Assembly: GCA_934101185.1 (NCBI GenBank)
Contig: CAKOQD010000001.1
Location: forward strand, 187,336-251,335
Source: an uncultured Bacilli bacterium
Lineage (GTDB): Bacteria > Bacillota_I > Bacilli_A > RF39 > UBA660
Direction: 5' to 3'
DNA length: 64,000 nt
The position numbers were made by a program, and so were the translations under genes. Of this stretch, positions 42,822-51,458 are shown piece after piece (within the stretch, counting starts at the first letter, position 1; every line of letters begins with the position of its first letter). Under the pieces are notes generated by a model. The model saw only the letters and a program-made list of their open reading frames with translations, had not been told where the DNA came from and made no database searches.

Positions 42822-43040
42822 TTAAGAAATTGAAATGAGTTCAATGTTACCAATTAAAACATCAGAATAAGAAAAGGATTTAACTATGCCATTAGAACAT
42901 TTTATCAAAAAAACAAATTTATAAGTACTAGTTATAACACCATAAAATTTTTCAGTCTGATTTCTAGCACCATTAACTTTAAACAAATATTCCTTACCAA
43001 TACAAGAAGTAATATTATTTCTAATCTTTTCTATTGTCAT
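42822..43040 (-). CDS. veg: Veg family protein (biofilm formation stimulator)
   Basis: The 72-aa product is Veg-like (IEKIRNNI...G.RNQTEKFYGVI...Y..VF) and lies next to yabG as in Bacillus. Confidence 0.75.
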   Translation of the reverse strand: MTIEKIRNNITSCIGKEYLFKVNGARNQTEKFYGVITSTYKFVFLIKCSNGIVKSFSYSDVLIGNIELISIS

Positions 43041-43831
43041 CTAGGATACCCCACATACATAGTACCATTAGTTATAATACCACCTATGCCATCTGTACCA
43101 TATTTAGTTTTTTGTAAAATTTCGAGTAAATCTATAGGTTTATTTTTATTTGACAAACTTACACTGCTTGCAATAATTGCAGGATCAAGAGCATGTATAT
43201 TTATTCTCTTTGGACTACTAGCAAAATTAGCTCCCACTCTAATTAATTCTTCATAATTTGATTGACAAGCACCAGCTATTATAATAAGTTTCTCATGATC
43301 GTTTTCATACTTTCTAGCATTAATAACAGTTTTAATAAAATTAATACTATTTTTATAATTAGAATTACTTAAAATATCAATATCATTTTTATCATAATAA
43401 GCATCATGACCAGTAATAACAAGTATATCAGGATTGGTTTCATTCAAATGCTCAAGAATTTGGTTAGGCATGTCTCTTTCATTTACTACTACTCCATATG
43501 ACAATATATTAAGTTTTTTATATAAATTCATACATCGTTTTAAATAATCATCATCGGCATCAATATGCAGAATTTTACCTGGTAAATAAAAGTACTCATC
43601 CCTATCCAACTCAGAAAAAGAAATCATTCGATCAGTCAATTTATCATCATCTAAAATCAGATCGTTCTCACAATTATTACAATGAACTAAATCTGAAACA
43701 TTAGCATCAGCCATTAATCTCACATTAAGACCCTTTAAAATAACTACATCATTAGAAATACTAACAATTTTAAATACAGTATCATTATTATGTGATTTTC
43801 TAGTAACTAAATCACCAACATTAAAAAGCAT
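43037..43831 (-). CDS. yabG: Sporulation-specific peptidase YabG
   Basis: It has a GDLVTRKSHNNDTVFKI N-terminus and the motifs ILVITGHDA and GACQS, which are typical of YabG (peptidase U57). Confidence 0.85.
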   Translation of the reverse strand: MLFNVGDLVTRKSHNNDTVFKIVSISNDVVILKGLNVRLMADANVSDLVHCNNCENDLILDDDKLTDRMISFSELDRDEYFYLPGKILHIDADDDYLKRCMNLYKKLNILSYGVVVNERDMPNQILEHLNETNPDILVITGHDAYYDKNDIDILSNSNYKNSINFIKTVINARKYENDHEKLIIIAGACQSNYEELIRVGANFASSPKRINIHALDPAIIASSVSLSNKNKPIDLLEILQKTKYGTDGIGGIITNGTMYVGYPR

Positions 43832-43884
43832 ATAATCATCTCCAAAAAATTATATGCTAAATACCAAATAAAATAACTTAAAAA

Positions 43885-44736
43885 TTATTTATAACCTCTC
43901 TTGATTAGTTTTGCATGTACAACAACACGCTTATTATTATTAGAACAAGTACTAAGTGTAAGAATTTTATCACTAGAACTTACATTAACTTTAAAACTAT
44001 GAATACTTCTACCCTTAATAGTTTTTAAAAAATCAGAATAATCAGAAGAACTAGGAAAATCAATAGTCAAATAATAAGTTTCTACTGGAACTTTATAAAC
44101 AGAAAAAATTTGCCACATTGTATTTTCGGTCTGAGTCGATAATCTAATAATATGATTATTCTTATTATTATACCAATTGCTACTAAGAACATTATGCAAA
44201 GAACCAAACATGGTTTTATCTAATCTAGAATGCCCATAAATAATATTATTTTTACTAGAAAAATCTTTATTGTTTCTATAATCTAAAAATAGCCACCCAG
44301 CATCGTTCCAACTTTTGTCAAAAGCGTGTGTCAAATAATATTTATTATCCTTTGTTTGCATGAATGGATAATTAATATTAGTATTATTAACATTAATCCA
44401 ACCAACAGTATCTTTATTTTGCTTAATAAGTTTATCAATATCAACATCAATCAAAGGCATTTTGATAAATTGCCAATAACTATTATCCTTATCATTTTTT
44501 AAAGATTTGTCTTCAACAACTTCAGTATTTTTATCATCATCAATCATTTTAACTTCAGTATTTTTACTTATATCTTCAGAAAGTTTTAAAATATCATTAT
44601 TATCATTACTCCAAAAAAATATTTGAAGCAAACTTATAATAAGACCAATAGCAAAAACAATAAAAAGAACACTAAATAATACTGTTTTTACTTTTTTGAC
44701 TTTTATTATTTTATTTCTATTAATATTATTTTTCAT
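43885..44736 (-). CDS. srtB: Class B-like sortase
   Basis: It has an N-terminal anchor and the motifs NIIYGHS, LTLSTC and KRVVVHAKL, the SrtB-type Cys/Arg arrangement. Confidence 0.8.
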   Translation of the reverse strand: MKNNINRNKIIKVKKVKTVLFSVLFIVFAIGLIISLLQIFFWSNDNNDILKLSEDISKNTEVKMIDDDKNTEVVEDKSLKNDKDNSYWQFIKMPLIDVDIDKLIKQNKDTVGWINVNNTNINYPFMQTKDNKYYLTHAFDKSWNDAGWLFLDYRNNKDFSSKNNIIYGHSRLDKTMFGSLHNVLSSNWYNNKNNHIIRLSTQTENTMWQIFSVYKVPVETYYLTIDFPSSSDYSDFLKTIKGRSIHSFKVNVSSSDKILTLSTCSNNNKRVVVHAKLIKRGYK

Positions 44737-45541
44737 CAATACCACCCTCACTTAAAGCATTTGAAATTTCACAAAAAATATCTATATCAAGTTGTTCAGC
44801 CCTAGCACTTAAATCTAAATTATATTTTTTTAAAATATCAGAAACAATTTCAAGATTATACATTGAAAGATTATTTTTCAAATTTTTTCTTTTAAATTTA
44901 AATGAATCTCTAATTAACTTAAAAAACAAATTTTCATCCAAAACATCTAAACCAGTAGTTTTTTTCTTAAAGCAAACTATAGCACTATCAACATTAGGAA
45001 CAGGATAAAAACATTTTCTATTTACAACAAACAACTTTTTGACATCATATTTATAATTCAAAAAAACAGTTAAAGAATTATATTCTTTAGTTCCAACTTT
45101 AGCAGTAAATCTATCAGCTACCTCATTTTGAACCATAAAATTCATGAAATCAAAATCAATACCAGAAGAAATCAATTTTTCAATAATCGCAGTAGTAACA
45201 TAATAAGGTAAATTAGCTATTACACAAATATTAGAATAAGATAAATCTCTTAAGTCATAAATTAAATCTCTATTTAAGAAATCATCAAATATAATTTTGT
45301 AATTATTAAAATCACTAAGATTACCAATAAGTCTATCTTTCACATCTAAATCTATTTCATATCCTAGAACATAATCAAAATTTTTGCACAATTCACTAGT
45401 AAGCCTGCCATCCCCACATCCAATTTCTATAACTAAACTATTAGGTAATATATCAATACTATTTATTATTTTTGTAACAATATTTTTATCAATCAAAAAA
45501 TTTTGCCCATACTTTTTCTTAAAATTAAAATCCTTTAACAT
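44726..45541 (-). CDS. rsmA: 16S rRNA (adenine1518/1519-N6)-dimethyltransferase
   Basis: It has KKYGQNFL, EIGCGDG and NLPYYV motifs. The ATG at 45541 follows GGAGG. Confidence 0.95.
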   Translation of the reverse strand: MLKDFNFKKKYGQNFLIDKNIVTKIINSIDILPNSLVIEIGCGDGRLTSELCKNFDYVLGYEIDLDVKDRLIGNLSDFNNYKIIFDDFLNRDLIYDLRDLSYSNICVIANLPYYVTTAIIEKLISSGIDFDFMNFMVQNEVADRFTAKVGTKEYNSLTVFLNYKYDVKKLFVVNRKCFYPVPNVDSAIVCFKKKTTGLDVLDENLFFKLIRDSFKFKRKNLKNNLSMYNLEIVSDILKKYNLDLSARAEQLDIDIFCEISNALSEGGIDEK

Positions 45542-45601
45542 AATAGATACCTCCATATAAATAATAACACTTTTTTTAAAATAAAAAAAGTAAGAAACTG
45601 A

Positions 45602-46072
45602 TTATTCAGCATTCTTACTAACACTACTTTTCTTTTTATCAGCCTTTTTTTTATCAAGTAAAGCACTCACAATAAGTAAAATATTAGAACCAAAAATAAC
45701 ATAAAACATTGATTCAATCATCGCAAGATTATCAGCTAAATAAGCCGAATTATACGATATGTTATACTTATAATATATTAACATATTAGTATCAAATTTT
45801 GCTCTTAATCCAATTAATATTGTAACTGATAATATTAAGAAAGTACCAAAATTAAACAATAAATTCTCACTACATTCCTTTTTACCAATAAACAAATTAA
45901 CAATAAAAACAAGAAACACTAAAGCAAAAGGAATTAAAACATTAACTGCTTCAGACATAGATTTTTCCAAACGTTGATAAGTAAAAGTAAGTCCCCAAAA
46001 CACTAAGAAAAATGCACCAATAATCAAAACATATCTCAAATAAAAGAACATTTTAGAAAGTATATTACTCAT
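45602..46072 (-). CDS. Hypothetical four-TM membrane protein with a Lys-rich tail (last gene of the SipW/TasA-like cluster)
   Basis: It has four predicted TM helices and a start that overlaps the upstream stop. I do not recognise any family. Confidence 0.55.
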   Translation of the reverse strand: MSNILSKMFFYLRYVLIIGAFFLVFWGLTFTYQRLEKSMSEAVNVLIPFALVFLVFIVNLFIGKKECSENLLFNFGTFLILSVTILIGLRAKFDTNMLIYYKYNISYNSAYLADNLAMIESMFYVIFGSNILLIVSALLDKKKADKKKSSVSKNAE

Positions 46073-46754
46073 TAGAATCACCTCCGAATGTATCATGATA
46101 CCAAGTCGATATGTCTAAAATGAGTGAAGAAACTATATCATAATTCCTCAAAGCAAACTCAGTATCACTTCTCAAATCATCAAAAATTGAAAATCTATTC
46201 ATTTCACTAGTAAATGAATAAGAATTAGTATTTAATGACTTCTTTTCCATATAATTTGCATTACTAGCAACAACATCAAACATTTTTTCATAATTATTAA
46301 TCATATTATTATAGCTAGATTTAACACTAGAATTAGATCCAATATAAGGCTTTATGCTATACTTTAATAAACTATTACATTCAGCATTAATTTTAGTATA
46401 TAAATAATTCATATTTGTGTAAGTATCATAGTATTTAAAAGTATGCATTCCAGAATTTTTATATAATTCAGAATCCTTAAAAGATATTATACATTTATTA
46501 ATTGTACCTTGAATTGCTTTTGCAGAATCAGTTTTACTAGCATCAACTTTAGATATATCAATAGAAACCAATTTTTCTGATTTACTAATATTATCTCTAA
46601 TACTTTTATAAGAAATGTTTTCATTAGTATCAACACTATAAGTATGAGAAATTTCTCTATAATGGTAAAGATTAATTAGTAACAAAAATGAAGCCATTAT
46701 AATTCCTAACATCATAACTATATTTCCAAAAAGTTTAAAAAAATCTTTAATCAT
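46065..46754 (-). CDS. Hypothetical N-terminally anchored extracytoplasmic protein (SipW/TasA-like cluster)
   Basis: It has a single N-terminal TM helix and a helix-rich Asn/Ser/Tyr-rich ectodomain. It is translationally coupled to its neighbours. Confidence 0.55.
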   Translation of the reverse strand: MIKDFFKLFGNIVMMLGIIMASFLLLINLYHYREISHTYSVDTNENISYKSIRDNISKSEKLVSIDISKVDASKTDSAKAIQGTINKCIISFKDSELYKNSGMHTFKYYDTYTNMNYLYTKINAECNSLLKYSIKPYIGSNSSVKSSYNNMINNYEKMFDVVASNANYMEKKSLNTNSYSFTSEMNRFSIFDDLRSDTEFALRNYDIVSSLILDISTWYHDTFGGDSNE

Positions 46755-46756
46755 AA

Positions 46757-47425
46757 TTATTCCTCCTTATTTAACTTTTTATCATTATCTTTTTCATATT
46801 CATCTTCATTTAAAGTCTTAATAAGCTCTTTTCTAGCAATATCAGATCTTGCATTCCTTTTAACAACAGATTTAGTCTTGCTACCAGCAATCTTAAATAT
46901 TTTTAAAATATCATAAATAACAACTCCCATACAAGGAAGAAGAATGACAGAAACCCAACCAATTTTTGATAATAAAAATTGTTGAATATAACCAGCTTTA
47001 GGTATTTTAAATAAAACCTTACCTAAAACATTATCCTCATTAGCAGGAGAACTATCTGGAGTAGGATTATTATCACCCTTAGTAGTATATTGCATTTTAC
47101 CATTCATTTCTATGGGTTCAGAATAAATTCTATGAGTAATAGTTTTACCACTACTAATATTCGAAGTAGAAACAAAAGTAATAATATCGCCTTTGTAATA
47201 AGCATTTTCTCTATAAGTAACAATAATATCCCCTGGTTTTATTGTCGGATACATACTTGGAGAAAGTATTGTATAAAAATTAAGTTTTACTTCACCCAAA
47301 TCATTATTATTAGCAAGAACTTTTACCCTAACAACATAAACAAGCAAAAATATCATTATACATAAAAGCAAAATAAATAAAGTCGATGAAATAATTTTAG
47401 AAATCAATTTTAAAGTTTTTTTCAC
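46757..47425 (-). CDS. sipW: SipW-type (ER/archaeal-type) signal peptidase I
   Basis: It has the S26B hallmarks: a Ser box (ILSPSMYPTIKPGD), a His box (TITHRI) instead of the Lys box, and a second TM helix near the C-terminus. The probable start is GTG at 47425. Confidence 0.8.
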   Translation of the reverse strand: MKKTLKLISKIISSTLFILLLCIMIFLLVYVVRVKVLANNNDLGEVKLNFYTILSPSMYPTIKPGDIIVTYRENAYYKGDIITFVSTSNISSGKTITHRIYSEPIEMNGKMQYTTKGDNNPTPDSSPANEDNVLGKVLFKIPKAGYIQQFLLSKIGWVSVILLPCMGVVIYDILKIFKIAGSKTKSVVKRNARSDIARKELIKTLNEDEYEKDNDKKLNKEE

Positions 47426-47442
47426 TACTACCAACCCTTTCT

Positions 47443-48135
47443 TTAATAACTATTAACGGCAACTTTACACTTAAATATCCTAGAAACATTATCAACAGAA
47501 TAATCAGTTGACAACCACATCCTAAAAGTATAAGTATCAAAATTATCATTACTAATTTCATTTCTAATTAAAGTATACCCATTATTTTGTATTTTACTCT
47601 TAGGAAGTTCTGATACCTTATTGACAATTTTATCATTAATTTTTACATCTTTTTGATTCTTTACTAAATAAATTTTGATATATTCAGGTGAAATAGTATT
47701 TTCATCATTCAATACTAACGAAACCTCATAATTAGAATAATCAGAATTTTTCTTTTTTGTAATATCACCATAATACTTTTCAGAAACATTAAATTCATAC
47801 ATTTCATTTTTACCATTCAATTTCATTCCAACCTCATCTGAAACAGGATACATATCTACCATGTTTATATAATTACTATCATCAGAAAAAGAAAACAAAA
47901 CTGAACCAGTAGTTATTGTATTATTTTTAACCGAACTAAAATGATCAGCTACAGAAAAACATATAAATGATACAAATAAAGTTAAAAATACAATAAACAA
48001 TAGTAATAAGAAAACAAAACGACCATTTTCACTTTTATTTTTAGGATGTAAAATTTCAAATGCTACCTTATCAGCAACCTTAACCAATTCTTTATCCGAG
48101 GAAACATCAAAATACTTTTCATTATCATCCTTCAT
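47443..48135 (-). CDS. TasA/camelysin-like paralogue 3, with a long cytoplasmic N-extension and a TM helix (possible anchor or accessory subunit)
   Basis: The ATG at 48135 follows GGTGGTGAGG. It shares the motifs NTITTGSVLFSFS, YPVSDE, YTFRMWL and KCKVAVN with the two upstream paralogues. Confidence 0.6.
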   Translation of the reverse strand: MKDDNEKYFDVSSDKELVKVADKVAFEILHPKNKSENGRFVFLLLLFIVFLTLFVSFICFSVADHFSSVKNNTITTGSVLFSFSDDSNYINMVDMYPVSDEVGMKLNGKNEMYEFNVSEKYYGDITKKKNSDYSNYEVSLVLNDENTISPEYIKIYLVKNQKDVKINDKIVNKVSELPKSKIQNNGYTLIRNEISNDNFDTYTFRMWLSTDYSVDNVSRIFKCKVAVNSY

Positions 48136-48213
48136 AGCCTCACCACCAATTCTACTATAACAATAGAATATCACAAATATTAAAAAAATAAAAGTGTTTT
48201 CTTAAACATTTAC

Positions 48214-48238
48214 AAAAAAAAGCAAGCATTACACTTGC
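48214..48238 (-). terminator. Terminator/attenuator after TasA-like paralogue 2
   Basis: On the minus strand the hairpin GCAAGUGUAAUGCUUGC is followed by a U8 run. Confidence 0.55.
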
Positions 48239-48249
48239 ATTTTGTCATA

Positions 48250-49020
48250 CTAGAATTGAGCAGCTGAAACTTTAACTTTAAAACTGAATGTTTCTTGAGT
48301 AGTTTCTTTAGTTTGTGTATTAGTCCAAACACCATTTGCAGCTTTACAAGCAGCTTCTGTCTCATTACCAGCAACTGAACAAGATCCAGAAGTTGTATTA
48401 GCTGTTCCTGCTTCTCCACCTTTTAATACATATTTATCACTAATCCATGCATTAATAGTATATGTCTTTTGATTACCATTTGTAGTAATAACACCCTTAT
48501 CAAATACATAATTATTCAATAAATAAGTATCAGCAGCAATACCAGTCATTCCTGTATCATCAGCAGCAAATCCTTTATTATTAGCAAAACTATTTAAAGT
48601 AACAGCAGTAGCAGTTTTAGTTGTACCAGTACTAGTATAATAATTATCACTATTATCTTTAATAGCAACCATAATCATACTATCTGTTAAATTAGTATTA
48701 CCTTCAGTTAAATCAACAAATCCAACTTCATAGTGAATGTTCATTGTACCAGATAAATTAGCTGATAAAGTAAAGTTACCTGTACCAACACCTTCACCAC
48801 CTGCTAGACCAGTTTCATCGCTAACACCATATGTATTTTCAACTGTAAATAAAGATTTTCCTTTCTTATCAATTGCTAAAGAAACAGAACCTGTTGTGAT
48901 TACATTTTCTTTAGTACCTTGAGCAGAAAAACTATACATAGCGAATGACACACCAACAACAGCAATAACCAAAACTAGTACACCTAGAATTGATAAAATC
49001 ATAGTTTTATTGTTTTCCAT
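48250..49020 (-). CDS. TasA/camelysin-like secreted protein, paralogue 2
   Basis: Its N-terminus resembles a SipW-cognate signal peptide (VVGVSFAMYSFS...NVITTGSVSLAI) and it has a beta-rich Thr/Gly/Asn-rich body. Confidence 0.65.
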   Translation of the reverse strand: MENNKTMILSILGVLVLVIAVVGVSFAMYSFSAQGTKENVITTGSVSLAIDKKGKSLFTVENTYGVSDETGLAGGEGVGTGNFTLSANLSGTMNIHYEVGFVDLTEGNTNLTDSMIMVAIKDNSDNYYTSTGTTKTATAVTLNSFANNKGFAADDTGMTGIAADTYLLNNYVFDKGVITTNGNQKTYTINAWISDKYVLKGGEAGTANTTSGSCSVAGNETEAACKAANGVWTNTQTKETTQETFSFKVKVSAAQF

Positions 49021-49045
49021 TATATTAAACTCCTTTCATAAAATT

Positions 49046-49630
49046 TTAAACTCCACCATTTACATTAACTCTTAAAGAATATTTAGAGTCAGAAGCAATA
49101 GCAGAAGCATTTTGATCACCAGCAATCCAAATTCTCAATCTATAAGAATCTGTTTTACCAGCAGCAGTACCAGCATTATCAGCAGCATCAACAATTACAC
49201 CATTTGCCATTTCACTGACTTTTTTACCAGATACTATAGAAGTATAATTGCCATCTGTACCTAATTTTTGAAGATTAATTGCTATTTGATCATCTGTTAA
49301 ATCACCACTAATTTTCGCAACAGAAACTTTATAAGGAATAACTGTTCCTTCTTTAGAAGTTTTAGTAACAACATCAAAGTCGAAATAATCTCCGTCCTTA
49401 GTTAATTGTTGTAATGCGTCAGCTTCACTCATTGGTAAAGCATTAGATAACGTAATACCATTTGTTTTTTCTGAGAAACTCATAGTAACTGTTCCAGATT
49501 TAATAGTATTTTCGCCAGTTACGTTATCATTTGAAGTAAACAACGCAAATGAAATACCAACAACAGCAACAACCAAAATTGCAACTCCTAAAACAGTCAA
49601 CAAAATTTTCTTAGAACTATTATCTTCCAT
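49046..49630 (-). CDS. TasA/camelysin-like secreted protein, paralogue 1
   Basis: The segment VVGISFALFTSNDNVTGENTIKSGTVTMSF aligns by eye with TasA/CalY GGGTWAYFND...NNTFAAGTLDLS, and LSNALPMSEAD aligns with NLKPGD. Confidence 0.7.
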   Translation of the reverse strand: MEDNSSKKILLTVLGVAILVVAVVGISFALFTSNDNVTGENTIKSGTVTMSFSEKTNGITLSNALPMSEADALQQLTKDGDYFDFDVVTKTSKEGTVIPYKVSVAKISGDLTDDQIAINLQKLGTDGNYTSIVSGKKVSEMANGVIVDAADNAGTAAGKTDSYRLRIWIAGDQNASAIASDSKYSLRVNVNGGV

Positions 49631-49714
49631 TATGTTTAACCTCCTTTACTATAACCATGATAATATATTTTTAAAAATATTGCAATATATTTTTCAGTTT
49701 TTTTTCAAAAATGT

Positions 49715-49746
49715 AAAAAAATTAACGGCTATAAAATAACCATTAA
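49715..49746 (-). terminator. Rho-independent terminator after the 3D-domain gene
   Basis: On the minus strand the hairpin UUAAUGG...CCGUUAA is followed by U7, directly after the stop codon. Confidence 0.6.
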
Positions 49747-50340
49747 CTAATATCCATATCTAACTATATCAAAAACGACATTATTCACAGTTCTAACCGG
49801 AGATTTAGATCTTTGACTTTCCTTTAATAAATCAATCATTGAAGAATCAACACCTCTATCAAGAACTATAACATACATATTATCATAAGCATCCAAATTA
49901 ATTTTTAAAATACTACCGCATGGTAATAATGTTGAAGCAGCAACAATTCTTATTTTACCAAACTCTTTGTCATTATAATATATATTACCATTTTTCGCAT
50001 TTTGTCCATTGCAACCAAGACGGCCCCCACAAGAAGCACAATCAGGACCATAATGAACTAATTTTGCTTTAAAACTAGTAGGATAACTTTTTGAATAAAA
50101 AACTGCATCCGCCATACTATTATAAAATACTGGTTTCAATTGTTTTTCCAACAACTCAGATTGTCCACTTTTTAAATCAGAATAAGTAAGTAAATTTTTA
50201 CTATCATTAATTACATTAATATTTGTTTCATCAGTTTCTAATGCATACATTATACCAATACCAACAGATATGAACATAAATCCAAATATACTTAAAATAC
50301 TCATTAGTATTTTAAAACTATTTCTTTTTATATGATCCAA
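49747..50340 (-). CDS. 3D (RlpA-like double-psi beta-barrel) domain protein, YabE-like
   Basis: It has an N-terminal anchor and a C-terminal 3D-type segment (RIVAASTLLPCGSILKINL...YVIVLDRG). The start is TTG, 7 nt after GAGGTG. It occupies the yabE position next to tatD. Confidence 0.7.
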   Translation of the reverse strand: MDHIKRNSFKILMSILSIFGFMFISVGIGIMYALETDETNINVINDSKNLLTYSDLKSGQSELLEKQLKPVFYNSMADAVFYSKSYPTSFKAKLVHYGPDCASCGGRLGCNGQNAKNGNIYYNDKEFGKIRIVAASTLLPCGSILKINLDAYDNMYVIVLDRGVDSSMIDLLKESQRSKSPVRTVNNVVFDIVRYGY

Positions 50341-50369
50341 AACAAATCACCTCAACTACTAAAATAGTA

Positions 50370-51128
50370 TCATATTTTATCATTCAAGTCAAATAATCCG
50401 ATAACATTGTTACTGGTAATTTTTGCTACATCATCTAAACTCACATTCTTAATAGAGGCTATTTTCTCTGCTATAATTTTAATATTTTTAGGTTCATTTT
50501 TTTCACTTCTAAAAGGAGACAAATAGGGAGAATCAGTTTCTAAAACAATATGAGATAAATCTATTTCTCTTACAACATCACCAAGTTTGCTATTAGAAAA
50601 GGTAACTACCCCTCCAATTCCTAAGTAAAAACCAAGTTCAATGAATTTATCAGCCATTTCCTTACTTCCAGAAAAACAATGAATAATACCCTTAACACCA
50701 CTATTCTTCAAAATATCATATGTTTCTTGCATAGCATCTCTAGTATGAATAACAACAGGTAATTCATATTTTTTAGCAATAGAAAGTTGTTTTTTAAATA
50801 CTTCAATTTGTAATATTCTATCCTCTTTACCATAATGATAATCTAATCCAATTTCACCAATACCTAAAATCTTGTCTTTATTATTTAAAATCTGTTTTTC
50901 AAGTAATAAAAAATCAGAATCATTTAAATTATCAATTTCACTAGGATGATAGCCAACAGTCACAAATAAATTATTGTATTCTTTGCAAAGATCAATGTTA
51001 GAAGCATTATCTTCTTTACTGCAACCACCAATAATCAAATATAAAACACCTGACTCTGCCGCATCATCTATAACTCTACCAATATCATCATATTCCTCAT
51101 TAACTAGATGTAAATGTGTATCAAACAT
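50370..51128 (-). CDS. tatD: TatD family metal-dependent hydrolase
   Basis: The product starts MFDTHLHL and has GEIGLDYH and TDSPYL motifs. The ATG at 51128 follows GGAGG. Confidence 0.92.
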   Translation of the reverse strand: MFDTHLHLVNEEYDDIGRVIDDAAESGVLYLIIGGCSKEDNASNIDLCKEYNNLFVTVGYHPSEIDNLNDSDFLLLEKQILNNKDKILGIGEIGLDYHYGKEDRILQIEVFKKQLSIAKKYELPVVIHTRDAMQETYDILKNSGVKGIIHCFSGSKEMADKFIELGFYLGIGGVVTFSNSKLGDVVREIDLSHIVLETDSPYLSPFRSEKNEPKNIKIIAEKIASIKNVSLDDVAKITSNNVIGLFDLNDKI

Positions 51129-51186
51129 AACTATACCTCCAAAAACATTATAACACAAAAGTGGATGATTATTCATCCACCTATTA

Positions 51187-51345
51187 TTATTCATCTACTG
51201 TTTCTATAAATACATATACACCATATAGCATAATCAGAAAATAAAATGCATCTATAAAAGAATGCACACTAGTTAAATAAATCATAACTAGTACAAAAAC
51301 AACACTCATAATTACTGCATACCTCTTTAATCTTTCTGCAACCAT
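51187..51345 (-). CDS. Possible small membrane protein (52 aa)
   Basis: I translated this by hand as MVAERLKRYAVIMSVVFVLVMIYLTSVHSFIDAFYFLIMLYGVYVFIETVDE. GGAGA lies upstream and there are two hydrophobic helices. It is below the ORF-track cutoff. Confidence 0.35.
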   Translation of the reverse strand: MVAERLKRYAVIMSVVFVLVMIYLTSVHSFIDAFYFLIMLYGVYVFIETVDE

Positions 51346-51458
51346 AATTATCTCCTTTTTGTTATTTTTCTACTGCACTCTAATTATAAAACATTATTAG
51401 ACAATCTCAAACAAAAAAAGAGCAGAAATATCAACTTTACACCCTTTTTTACACATTT

